From assembly GCA_965240325.2 (NCBI GenBank), contig OZ251227.1:2046001-2110000 (forward strand): a stretch of DNA of 64,000 nucleotides. Reading direction: 5' to 3'. Within the stretch, counting starts at the first letter, position 1; every line of letters starts with the position of its first letter. The notes below the pieces were generated by a model that did no database searches, had not been told where the DNA came from, and saw only the letters and a list, made by a program, of their open reading frames with translations. Shown piece after piece: positions 34,176 through 45,046 of this stretch. The DNA is from Rebecca billardiae RCC1528. Taxonomy: Eukaryota > Protista > Haptophyta. The position numbers and the translations under genes are program-made.

Positions 34176-35550
34176 AAACAGCGGGGGCCTAGCGGCCTTT
34201 TCCCGGTGGGGCTGGTCGAACACAGCGCGTCTAGGACGCGACGGAGAAGCTTGCCAGGGCCGGCAGACCCGACGACGATGGGACATCCGGGCTGCCGCGT
34301 CTTCGCGCGTCGCGCGTGCGATTTAGCCATTAGCCAGGCGCGCAGCAGCGCGGCACTCTTCTGCAAGGCCCACCGAGGCGCCAGCGAGGCGCGCGTCGAT
34401 GCAGTCGTCGCTGCGCACGGCCGCTCGGGCACGGCGGCACGGCAACGGCACGCACCGATCACGCCGTGCGTGCGCGCGTCGGCCATCGACGCGTGGTAGT
34501 CGTGCAGCAACTGCAGCTCCGTGGGGTTTTCCGCACGTCGTGCGCGCTGCTGCCGCCGGACGCCCAGATGGCGCGCGACCGCGTCGGTCGCGGCGGCCTC
34601 GCGCGCCGCGCGCGGGGCGGCTCGACGCGCGGCGTGACCCGCGCGGCGCTCCGCGTTGCGCGCCTCGTCCACGCCGTTCAGCGTGCTCGCCAGCCGCGCG
34701 CGCAGCTGCGCGAGGCACGCGTCGAGCGCTGCCGGCGTCTCGCAGTTTGGGTGCGAGGCCGCGGGCGCGCGCGCGCCGGGGCGCGTGGCCTCGTGCGGGT
34801 GCACGGCGAGGCGCGCCAGGTCCACAAACGGCTCGTCGCGCAGTTCCAGCGCGCGCAGCCCGGCGACGCGCGCGTCCCAGCGCGCGACGTGTTTGGACAG
34901 CGCGTCCGACATGCGCGCGCCGCCCGCGTCGCCCTCGCCGCGGTACCGGCGGATGAGAATGGCCAGGGCTGCACGCACGTTGGCGAATTGCGCGCACGCC
35001 GCCGCGCTCCGCCTCCGCATCTGCACGACACACGCCGCGTAGACCACGAACGAATCCAGCTCGTGCACGACATCGTCAGCCGACGTGGCCATGTCGGGCC
35101 GACGGCGGCCAAAGTCACGACTCACGATGTGCCCCTCCCGACCGGGGACCCGGCGTCGTCCGGCAAAAGCGGCAGGCGCGGCGCTTCCGTACCGTTACCG
35201 TATTGTATAGGCGGTATGAACTGGGTAAGGGGGTATATACCGCTAAGATCGCCGCCGCCAGATTTGTGGGAATCGCAACGACATCTCTATGCTGCGGCGC
35301 GCGCAAAAATTAACCACATGCGTTCTCGATTCCCGAGGCGTGCCTTAATTGGCGCAAAAATTAACCAAGTGCGTTCTCGATTCCCGAGGCGTGCCTAATC
35401 AAAAAACGTTTCAGGCCTCGTTGTTCGTATTCCTACTCCGGTATTACTTTGCTCAGCAGTATTGGGCACCCAATTAAAGGGGGTCGGAGCTGGGTCTCCC
35501 AGGGCTTTGTCACGAATTAAAATTGTTTAAAGCGCTGTGTTCACCAGAAT
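34176..35550 (-). repeat. Dispersed repeat A, longer copy, containing ORF 34094..35125 of unknown function
   Basis: Reverse-complement match to 8373-9379 plus an extra 365 bp (about 34824-35188). Confidence 0.9.
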
Positions 35551-35659
35551 ATTGCGACAGCACTGGCACGGCCCGCCGACCCCCCCGCCCGCCAGGGCAC
35601 AGTTTTATTATTATCATCATCATCATATATTATAAGTAGCAGACATGCAAATATTCACT

Positions 35660-35800
35660 TGGCCCGCGGTGCAGGGCGGAGCGCGCAGCGTGGAGCCCGC
35701 AGTGCGGGCCCTAGCCCTAGGGCTAGGGCGGCTAGGCCCCGTTTCAAAAAGAGCATTGATCAAGTAAGAAAAAAGGGACGGGGGACGAATTTCAGGGCTG
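35660..35800 (-). repeat. Dispersed repeat B with a 22-bp perfect palindrome at 35708-35729
   Basis: GCCCTAGCCCTAGGGCTAGGGC; flanks match 9521-9679 inverted. Confidence 0.7.
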
Positions 35801-36099
35801 GAGGAGACCGAGTTTCGAATTTTGAGACCCATCTAGAGGTATCCATTCAGCGAGAAATGGTCGCGTCCGGCTTGTTTGTATTCAAGAGGAATCATCAACG
35901 TAACCCACGCCCAAGTGTCCAAGTCCATAAGAGTGGGTAAATTTTGTGGGTAGACTCTCGTAGTTCATGTGTGACCATATGTAGTTAGTAAAGTCTATAA
36001 TAGTAAAATAAATATGGCCTCGCCGCAGCAAGAACGACTCTCACCAACTCCAATAGTGCGAGACATTGAAAGATACCCGCAGCTATCTATTCGTCAGTG

Positions 36100-36194
36100 C
36101 CAGCCCATTTCATAGTCACTGAGCTCAAAAACCAGTACCGGCGTCGCCCGTCCCGGGTCGGTAGGTTTTGAGCCCTGAGAGTGAGACGGGCTGG
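36100..36194. mobile_element. Hairpin mini-element (MITE-like), about 95 bp, copy 1
   Basis: Imperfect palindrome CAGCCCATTTCAT...GCTCAAAAACC / GGTTTTGAGC...GTGAGACGGGCTG. Second copy at about 51529-51627. Confidence 0.65.
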
Positions 36195-36867
36195 GGCTTT
36201 CCGCTTTGAGCTTGGCCTCGCGCCAGGCGCCGCTCGCCGGAGCGGCGGCCGCTGCGCATGAGGCGTTCACTATCCGACGGACTCAGCGCAGGTGCGCGCG
36301 GCTGCGGCGGGTCCCGACGGTCATCGGCGTCGCTTTCGTGCCCCGCTCATCCCGCGCGCCCCGCCCTGCCGATGCCCCTTCGGGCTCGGCCCAGTGCGGG
36401 TTCCTCGTCGGACGCGGCTCCGCGTGCAGCGTGCTTGACTCGCGTGTGTGATTGATATTCTGGGTGCGAAAGCGCGTGGCGCGTGGGAGCGAGGCGCGTT
36501 TCTCGCTGCTGTGTTTCATCCAGCCGACCATGCGCGCGCCCGCGCGCGCCACGCCACGCGCCACGCCGCACGCCGCGCAGTTGAACAAGTCGAGGACGAG
36601 TAGTTTCAGCTTCACTCTGCACTCTGCCGAGCCTCGGATCTGGTGGAGCCCGTTCGCCTGATCCAGTCGGCGTGGTGCGAGCGGGTAGTCTTGGCCGTTC
36701 TGTCGGGATGTGGAGCAGCCACCACGGCCATCTCGCTCGCCCATAAGCCCTCGGCTCGCGCCGTCCATGGCCGAGCTGTGACGATGGGAGCCTGCCTCTA
36801 GCTGCGCTTGAAGGCGCGGCAAGCAGCGCGCGAGATCTGCGCGGGCGACGAGGCTGGGCAAATCCTC

Positions 36868-38823
36868 GCAGCACGAGCTGGACCGCGCGCACATCTATTT
36901 TGCTCTCGCCCGCCGGTCTCGAGTCTCCACTGCTTGACTGGCGCATCGAGCCGCGCGCTGACCGTGCCCGAGTCCGAGAGTCGGAGCGGCTCTGGCGCTC
37001 ACGAGGGCGGATGCCTGACTGCCTGACTAACGAGAGCCACCGAGGCTGATGGCTGCGAGCCGCGGCGAGTCCGCCGGTAACGATGGCGAGGTGGCATATA
37101 TATATATGCTACGGGCGACGCCGTGCTGGCCCCTCTCACCCGTGCTCGCAGTCGCCCTCCGGCCGCTCCGTAGTCGGTCACACCGCCGCGGCGGCACCGG
37201 CGACGCGCGCCGACGGCGGCCCTTGCAGTTGTACTCGTACGCACTCGGCATCGACGCGGCGGCGAGGCTGCAGCGTGCTGAGTGTCTGAGTGACGGAGCG
37301 GTCGGGCAGTCGGTGGCACAGCTCGGCACCGCGGGCCCCCAATAACCAACTACGTTGGTTCAGTGGGTCTTATTCATGTTATGACGCAGAATTCACGGAT
37401 TATACTAGTAAGCAGTGACTGTGAGCACCGCGCAGAACGCGGTCATATTGAGTCGTAGCAGTCAGCACACGTATGTAGCCATATAGCGCGCGGCGACTAG
37501 CAGCATATATGTCCGACCGTTGGAGTGTAATAAGCCTGGATGCCTAGCGCATGTGAATGTCCGTGCTGCCGCAGCTGTAACAGGACACTAACAGGTGCGA
37601 CTCGGGTAAGCGTGAGCGGCCAAGAGCAACGATGATCGTGAATGCGTGGCCGACGGAAGGACAGCGCGCCTCCCGCGAGGCGCGAGCCCCGGGGTGGTGT
37701 GCACTGAAACGGAGACGAAAGGACTATGGGGGTACAGAGAAAAGTAAGCGCTGCGCCTCACTTGGGCTCGGGCATGCATGGGAGCTTGATGATCATCGCG
37801 GTGATATCATCCCGGTAGTCGCCCTCCTCCTTTCGCCATGCGGCCGACGCGCGCTCGATCAGCCTGCGATCAGCCGGGTCGGTCGGACGTCCGCGCGTCG
37901 CGCAGGGCGTCAGCAGCGCGGCAAGGGGCAGGCTCGCAGGCCAGGCAATGGCCACGTGCGCGAGCGCGCGCGCGCGAGCGCGCGCACGGCGATGGGCGCG
38001 GTCTGCGCGCGCACTTGGTGCACGCATTCGTGGCGCCCGATCTTGCGAGCAAGGGGGCGACGAGCGTCGCCGCCGCGTCTGATTGGAGGAACTCCCACAC
38101 GCCATCCGACGCGAGCACGATGAAGGCGTCCTGCTCCGAGAGCTTGCGCACGCTCACGTCCGGCTCAGCCGTCACGCCGATGCGCTTGACGCCGTGGTCG
38201 CCGATGGATCGCGACATGGCGAGGCCCGGCGCGGTGTGCTGCGAGTCGAGGTAGACGCGCGCGGGGCCGCCCCAGTCCTCGGGCGGCGAGACGAACCCGC
38301 CATGCTTTTTGATCCGCGCGAGCTCCTCGGGCAGGTCGGGCTTGTGGTCGCGGCTCAGATCGTGGGCCACGACCTGGCCCTTGCGCTTGCCGTGCGAGGC
38401 GAGCACGGCGCGCGAGTCGCCGCAGCACGCGGTGTACAGCACGTCCTCGATGAGCAGGATGACGGTGGCGGTCGTGCCCGACGCCTCGGCGTCGATGCTC
38501 CCGCGCTCCAAGCCGAGCAGCTCGTCCACGCGCACGAACGACTCCTGCAGCGCGCGCTCGGGCTCGTCGAAGAGCGCCGGGTGGTCCTCGAGCAGCGCCT
38601 GCAGCGTGTGCGCGACAAACTGCGAGCACTCGGCGCCGCTCAGCCCTGCGGGCGGGCGCGCGGGGCGGCGCGCATGAGCGAGCGCGCGCGCGCCGCGCCG
38701 CGCCGCGCCGCGCCGCGTCGCCCCGCACGCACCGTGCCCGTCGAAGACTGCAAACATGGCCGCGGCCGGGTTGCCGGCAAACGGGTAGGACACGAGGCCG
38801 CGGTCCTGGTTGATCTTGCCCGC
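36868..38823 (-). pseudogene. Inverted duplicate of 49516-51522 containing a 5'-truncated PP2C gene (coding part 38823-37758, two introns retained) and its downstream region
   Basis: Reverse-complement identity. The copy starts abruptly at AGKINQDRG and lacks exon 1 and the start of exon 2. Confidence 0.9.
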
Positions 38824-38899
38824 ACCCAGCCGAGGCGCGGCGCGCGGACGCGGAGCGCGAGCGGCTGGACGGCTTCGCCACGCTCGACTCGCTCGATTG

Positions 38900-40253
38900 C
38901 TTGCGCGAGAGCGCGCCCGACGCTGCCGCCGCCGCCGCCGCCGCTGACGACGACGACCCCGCCGCTGCCGCCGCCGCCGCCGCCGCCGCCGCCGCGCCCT
39001 TCCCGCACTTCGTCCATCGAGATGGCGTGCCGCCGTTCCGCCCGACCTACGAGTGGGCGGACGTGCCGGAGGGCGCAAACAAAGGTGCCGGCGGACGCCG
39101 ACGTCGACTGGCGCGGCCAGCGCGCGCGCATCCCCACGCACATGCCGCTGCACCTGCCGGCGTCGTGCTTCATCACGCAGCCCGACCCCGACGGCCTCGG
39201 CGACTGCTCGTGCTGCACGCCTCGCGCGTGCTGGGCCGGCGGCCCGGCGTCGGCCGAGGGCGGCGGGACTTGTGACGCGTGCGTGCGCTGCCTCGCCAGG
39301 GCGCCGCCGCCGCCGCTCGGCCCGGACGCGGTTACGCGCGACTACGGCCTGCTCGACGTGCGCGCCGAGACGACGATCGGCGAATCGAGGCGGACATCGG
39401 CGAGTGGCTCGCCGAGCGCGCTGCGCCGGGGCGGCCGCCCAAGCCCAGTCTCGTGCGCGTGCTCCGCTCGGACGACGGCCGCACGCTGCTCGAGCCGCTC
39501 GACGCGGCGGCCACGGCGCGCGACGTCGACCTGTACAACATCGCGGAGGAGGTCGTCGTCGTCGCGCTCGCCGACGGCAGCCCGATCTACGCCGCTCGCC
39601 ACCGCGCCGCGCACGGCGCCAACTCGCGCACGGGCAAGATGCCCGACCACATTGCCACCATCAACAACCTCGCCGCCGCCGACCATGACAGCCACGCCGA
39701 GCAGACCCACCTGCCGCGCCTCGACAAGCACACGTGGCGGCGGCTCGCCAAGGTCACCGCCCGCTACGCGCAGCAGCCCACGCTCATGTGCTTCTGCTGC
39801 GGCTACGCCATGTACCCGGGCGAGGGCCGCATCGTCCACGTGGTCGGCGTGAGCGACGTCACCGAGCTGCGCGCCGTTCGGGTGTTTCGCCCCATCCTCA
39901 ACCACCTGGCGGCGCGCACACGGCGTGAGCTCGACGAGATCGTGACGTTCGAGCGCGTGGACAAGGAGGAGTACATCCGCCGCCCGCCGCCGCCACTCGC
40001 GCGGGAGTCGGACGCCGCGGCCGCCGCCGACGCGCACGGCGACGCCGACTTCGTCCTCGAGGACGGCTCCGACGACGAGGACGCGCCGGGCGAGGACTCT
40101 GACGACCAGTTCGAGGACGAGGACGACGAGTTCGCCGACGTGGGCTGGTCCAACCAGCCGCACGAGGCCGAGCCGCAGCACCGCGTGGCGTCGTGCTCGG
40201 CGTGCGCGGCGCGCACGCAGCGCCTGTACGCCCCGTTGTCGTTGCCGCCCTAG
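38900..40253 (+). pseudogene. Frameshifted Cys-rich coding relic, possibly a Helitron RepHel N-terminal fragment
   Basis: Coding-like text moves across three frames (shifts near 39085 and 39385). CFCCGYAMYP followed later by VASCSAC. Ends at TAG 40251-40253. Confidence 0.4.
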
Positions 40254-40691
40254 CGGTAGGGTGAGTGAAGCCCAAGTCGCGCCAAGTGAGCAACCGTGAT
40301 CCCGATTTCGGTGCAAGGGTGGTGATGAACAGTTGGTCCGATGCGTCCTTCATAGATGAACAGGCGGTTGCGAAGCTGTACATGTACAGTTGATGACTTA
40401 AAGAATATCACTTTCGTAACTGATGTATGATAGGCTTCGTTAATTGTCATCGATGGGTTGTATATATATATATATAATACCCGTCTTGTAGGGGGCTGGG
40501 GCAGGACGGGTGGATTCCCAGACTCCAAACTTCTCGATGCGAAATTGGCTGTCGGTCGCATCTCTGCCTCGCGAGGCGACGACATCTCGGCGAGTCGGCG
40601 AGGACAAAACAACGGGACAGCCGACGACAGGCGTACCTTCACGAGTTGCCGACGACCCTAGCCTGCGGGCCATCTTCGATCCGTGATCACC

Positions 40692-42298
40692 ATGGCGGAC
40701 GCGCCCGCGGCTGCGACCCCAAAGAAGAGGAAAACCCGCCCGCCGGGCGTCTACAAGATCGAAAAGAGGGTGGAGGCCTACAAGGACCGCGTGAAGGCGC
40801 ACAAGGTCGGACCCGGGACAAAGGGGACGCCGCTGCCCGCGAAGAAGCCGCCGACGATCATCGCGCTGTACAACTTCAAGGGTGGCGTTGGCAAGACGAC
40901 CAACCTCATCAACATCGCAACGACGATGGCCGCGACAAAGCGGGTGCTGATCGTCGACGCCGATCCGCAGTGCAACGTCACCACCTTCTTCATCCCTTCT
41001 GTGGATGACGCGGCCGAGAAGGGTGCTCAGCCTGCAGGCGGCCCGGCTGATGGTCACGGCGATGGGGACGGCGGGGCCCCTGCGCCAGTGGCATCATCTT
41101 CGAGCGGCATCCGCGCGGCTGAGGACCCGCTGCCCGCGGGTGCTGTGGGCAAGCCGCACTCCATGGCGCAGATCGACAATGCCGTGCTCTACACGGAGTA
41201 CGGCGTCGACGACCTCGACGTGCTGCTAGCTCCCGCGTTCGAGGGCGAGATCGCCGCGCTCGTGCCGCCAGACAAGTACCTCACTCCGGAGCCCATCGAG
41301 CTGGACGACGGCTCGGCATCGTGGCCTGCCCACAACCTGCTGCTCATCCCAGGCAGCCCGACCGTCGCGCTGCTCGAGCGCAGCATCGGCAAGGCCGAAG
41401 GCATGGACGCGCCCGTCAAACTGGGCGCGTTCCGCAAGCTGCTGCTGGCGTCCGCGGAGGTCACGGGCGCCGAGGTGGTGCTCGTCGACCTGGGCCCGTC
41501 TGCCTCGCCACTGAACATCGTGCGCGCTGCGCGCCCGCGCACGGCGCCCCATCCGGCGGGATCCGGCCAGCGCGTACGTCCGCCATCCTTGCGCACACTT
41601 CACCGCACAACCGTCTCACACTCGTGTGCCCACCGTGCGTGTGCGTCACATTGTGCTGTGGTTTCTGGCTGTGGCCATGATGACCGCCCTCCGACTGCGC
41701 GCAGTGCTTCCTCCTCTCGTGCGACTACATCTTGCCGCCGGTGTTCGCTGACTCGTACTCGACGTTCAGCATGCACAAGCTGCTGGTGTTCCTCGTGCCC
41801 GAGCTCAAGGCTGAGCACTCGAAGATCATCCGCGCGCAGGGCGATGCTGGGCCGAACGGCAAGCTGCAGGGCGAGATCACCGCGCGGCAGCAGGAGCTCG
41901 GGTACGCGTTCAACCGGAAGATGCCGCGGCTGCTGCCGTTCATCTTCACCAACTACATAGCCGCGCAGAACAACGTGCTGCGGATCCAGCCCGCACGCTT
42001 CGTGGTGCTGGCGCAGAACATCTTGGAGCGGCAGGACGTGCTCGAGGAGAGCTCGGACCTGTTCGTCCCGCACAACGGCAGCATGACCCTGTGCCTCTGC
42101 AAGAACCTCGGCCAAGTGCAGGGCGCGTCGCTGTCAGCGGGCGTGGCTGTTGCTCACCTCACCGAGCAGCACTTGAAGGACGAGGGCATCAACAAAAATC
42201 CGGCCAAGCAGATCGCGCTGACGCAGATTACCTACGCTCGCAAGCGCTACGCAGCGTTCGTGGAGTGGCTGCTCCACGTGTGCGTCAGCGGCAAGTGA
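40692..42298 (+). CDS. ParA/Soj/MinD-family P-loop ATPase, copy 2 (473 aa). Exons 40692-41519 and 41705-42298
   Basis: Same motifs and intron as copy 1. N-terminus PKKRKTR is NLS-like. Confidence 0.9.
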
Positions 42299-42764
42299 AG
42301 TCGTTGCGAGTCTTCATCACCGAATGCGCACGCAGGCAGGCAGTGATCGAGCAGCGTGCAGCGCGCAGTGGTTGCCTGGTTGGTACGATTTTCATCTACT
42401 CCATCTCGTCATTGTCATGTGATCCGGCTGATCCGCCTCGCCGTCAGCAGCAGACGAGACATGCAGAAACTCATCAGCAGCAGATCGGATGATTGTCAGA
42501 TGATCATCATCGACAGATCGATCGCATCACGCATATCGATCATCGATCGTACGCGCGTTACTGTGTGTCTTTGTGCAGTGTTGGATGGCGTCAATCACGC
42601 CTTAACCAAGTGTGCACGTTAAAACATAGTAAACTGCTGTAAAGTGTCGTAATATTATTCGCGGCAATAATCATCGGCACGACTGTGAGCATAATTGCAT
42701 AATAGTAAATAGGCTCCGGTCCTGGGCAGCGCAGGGCAGCCTGCTGCGGCACCGGGGCACGTAG

Positions 42765-44972
42765 TCACAAGGCCTTCGGCGGCGGCGCTGCCGAATCGAT
42801 GCCGGCGCCAATCTCATCCCGGACCTGCCGCAGCTTGCGGTGCTCTGGGAGCAGGTGGTGCTCCGCCTCGAGCGCGCGCGCCGCCTCCCGCGCCACGCGC
42901 GCGCCCTCCGGATCGCCGCACGCCATCAGCGCGAGGCCGAGGTTGGCGCGCGCAAACGCCGCGCGCCGATCGCGGCCGGCGCGCTCGAGCCCGTCCGCCG
43001 CGCGCGCGTGGAGCTCGGCGGCGGCGCGCGCGTCGCCCTGCGCGCAGAGGACGGAGCCGAGCGTATCGAGCGTGTCGACGGTGTCGGGCGCCTCGGCGCC
43101 GAGGCTCGCCTCCCGCCCGGCGAGCACCGCGCGCGCCAGGCCCTCCGCCTCCGCCAGCGCGCGCCCCGACTGCGCGAGCACGGCGCAGAGCGCGCCCATC
43201 GTCGCGTAGCGCCGCGTGTCCTCGGCGCCCGCGCCGCCGTCGGCGCCGTGCGCGCCCGCCCCCTCCTCCCCCGGCGGCGGCGCCGCGCCCGCGCCCGCCG
43301 GCGCCGCCTCACGCGGCCCCTCGGCGCGCGCACGCAGCGTGTCTCTCAAGATGGCCTCCGCCTCGGCGAGGGCGCGCGGCTCGGCCGAGCCGGCGAGCGC
43401 GCGCGCGACCAGCTCGCGGCCCGCCAGCGTGAGCTTGTGCGCGGGCCCGTGCACGCGCTCGAGCGCGCTCAGGTTGCGCCGCGCGAGCGCCTCCGCCTCC
43501 GCGCACGCGCCGCGCGTGAGCAGGATGCGCGCGAGCGCGCCCCTCGACTCAAGGGTGGACGGGTGATTCGCGCCGAGGCCGGCCGCCGCCTCCTTCTGGG
43601 CGACCGTGCGCCGCGCGAGCTGCTCCGCCTCGAGCAGCGAGCCGCGCTCAGCGTGGAGCACCGTGAGGTTGTGCAGCGTGCGCAGCGTCTCCGGCGCCTC
43701 CGCGCCCAGCTGGCGCACGCGCCCGTCGAGCACGCGGCGGTACAGCGCCTCGGTCTCACCGAGCGGCGCGCCCTCCGCGCGAAGGATCGCCAGGTTCTCG
43801 ACCGAGGTGAGCGTGCTCGGGTGCTCCGCGCCGAGCCGCGCCTCCTTGCCCGCGACGGCGCGCGAGTAGAGCGCCTCCGCCTCGGCGCGGTGCGCCGGGC
43901 CGCGCGCCTTGAGCAGCACCGCGAGGTTGTTCGCCGTGGCCAGCGTGTCCGGGTGCCCAGGCCCCAGCTCAGGACTCGCCTCGCGCGCCGCCAGCTCGGC
44001 GCGGTACAGCCGCTCCGCCTCCGCCGCGTGGCCCAGCCGGCGCAGCAGGACGGCAAGCTTGTGCCGCAGCTTGAGCGGGCGCGCGGGCGAGCCGCTCGCC
44101 TCGAGCTCGCGCAGCGCACGCCGGCCGCACCCGCCGAGCCACTCGCGCAGCGCCGCGCCCACCGCCACGTTGAGCTCGTGGAAGCCCACCCCCGCCTGCA
44201 CGGCCTCGCAGATGCTGCGCCGGTCCGTCGCGGAGGACGCGGCCGAGCGCTCGACGTCGACGCGCGAGAGCGCGGCGGCGATCGAGTCGAAGTCGTCGAC
44301 GAGCGCGGTCTCGAACGCCCGGCGCGCCGAGCGCGGCATCGCGACCGAGAGCGCCGCGCCGCTCTCGACGGTGGCGTTGATCTCGAAGAGGCACCACGCG
44401 CGCGTGAGCGCGAGCGGCGCGTGCCACGGCTCGAGGACGAGCACCGTCGTGCCGATGGCGTGCACGTTGGTCTGGAAGACGGCCGACCACCACTCGAACG
44501 GGCGCGTCGCGGTGTCCCACTGCGAGTTGGTCACGAGGTCGAGCCACCAGAACGCCTCGGCGGCGTCGGCCGAGCCTGCGGCCTCGGCGGCCGCCTCCAA
44601 CGCCTCGACGAGCGAGCCAAACGCCAGCCCCCACGCGTGGCTGACGAAGCGCGTCGCGCGGCCGAGGTCGCCGGCGGAGCCAACGACGGTCGGCGTGCCA
44701 TCCGCAGCCGGCGCATCCGCTGCCTGCCCGCCGTGCCCGCGCGCGAGCAGCTCGACGTACGAGCAGCGCGCGACGCGCGTGAGCGGCCGGATGAGCTCAA
44801 AGCACACGTCTTCGGTGCTGAGCGGCTCGCCGGCGCCGCGGGCCGAAGGGGGCTGCTCCCACGCGCGGTGGGTGCGCGGCGGGCCTGGCTCGGGCGCGCG
44901 CGCGCGGGCCATCTCCCGCAGCGCGCGCAGCACGCCGAGGCGAACGCCGCGTCTCTCGAAATCGGCCGCCAT
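42765..44972 (-). CDS. TIR/HET-like N-terminal domain + kinesin-light-chain-type TPR repeats (735 aa, intact, intronless)
   Basis: FVSHAWG, FWWLD, VLVLEPW, LTRAWCLFEI. TPRs of the LGP.HPDTL.TANNLAVLL..G...EAE.LY.RA type. Confidence 0.85.
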   Translation of the reverse strand: MAADFERRGVRLGVLRALREMARARAPEPGPPRTHRAWEQPPSARGAGEPLSTEDVCFELIRPLTRVARCSYVELLARGHGGQAADAPAADGTPTVVGSAGDLGRATRFVSHAWGLAFGSLVEALEAAAEAAGSADAAEAFWWLDLVTNSQWDTATRPFEWWSAVFQTNVHAIGTTVLVLEPWHAPLALTRAWCLFEINATVESGAALSVAMPRSARRAFETALVDDFDSIAAALSRVDVERSAASSATDRRSICEAVQAGVGFHELNVAVGAALREWLGGCGRRALRELEASGSPARPLKLRHKLAVLLRRLGHAAEAERLYRAELAAREASPELGPGHPDTLATANNLAVLLKARGPAHRAEAEALYSRAVAGKEARLGAEHPSTLTSVENLAILRAEGAPLGETEALYRRVLDGRVRQLGAEAPETLRTLHNLTVLHAERGSLLEAEQLARRTVAQKEAAAGLGANHPSTLESRGALARILLTRGACAEAEALARRNLSALERVHGPAHKLTLAGRELVARALAGSAEPRALAEAEAILRDTLRARAEGPREAAPAGAGAAPPPGEEGAGAHGADGGAGAEDTRRYATMGALCAVLAQSGRALAEAEGLARAVLAGREASLGAEAPDTVDTLDTLGSVLCAQGDARAAAELHARAADGLERAGRDRRAAFARANLGLALMACGDPEGARVAREAARALEAEHHLLPEHRKLRQVRDEIGAGIDSAAPPPKAL

Positions 44973-44988
44973 GCTGACGACGTCTCAT

Positions 44989-45013
44989 TACCCCCATATT
45001 CAATATGGGGGTA
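44989..45013. other. Perfect 12-bp-stem hairpin at the duplication breakpoint
   Basis: TACCCCCATATT-C-AATATGGGGGTA. Confidence 0.9.
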
Positions 45014-45046
45014 CTATCACGCCTTAACCAAGTGTGCACGTTAAAG

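Larger units (their letters stand above)
40514..44986 (+). repeat. Segmental duplication copy 2 (ParA + TIR-like/TPR cassette)
   Basis: Direct repeat of 27569-31820, with extra sequence in the intergenic region (about 42553-42657). Confidence 0.97.

Noticed and set aside
35880-36000. Minus-strand GVGYVDD as a reverse transcriptase YxDD motif
   Set aside because: It is followed by a stop within three codons and no other RT motifs are present, so it is probably chance.
40290-40370. VVMNSWSDASFIDEQAVAKL resembling a retropepsin D(S/T)G motif
   Set aside because: The catalytic Asp-Ser-Gly is absent, the frame is short, and there are no gag/RT neighbours.
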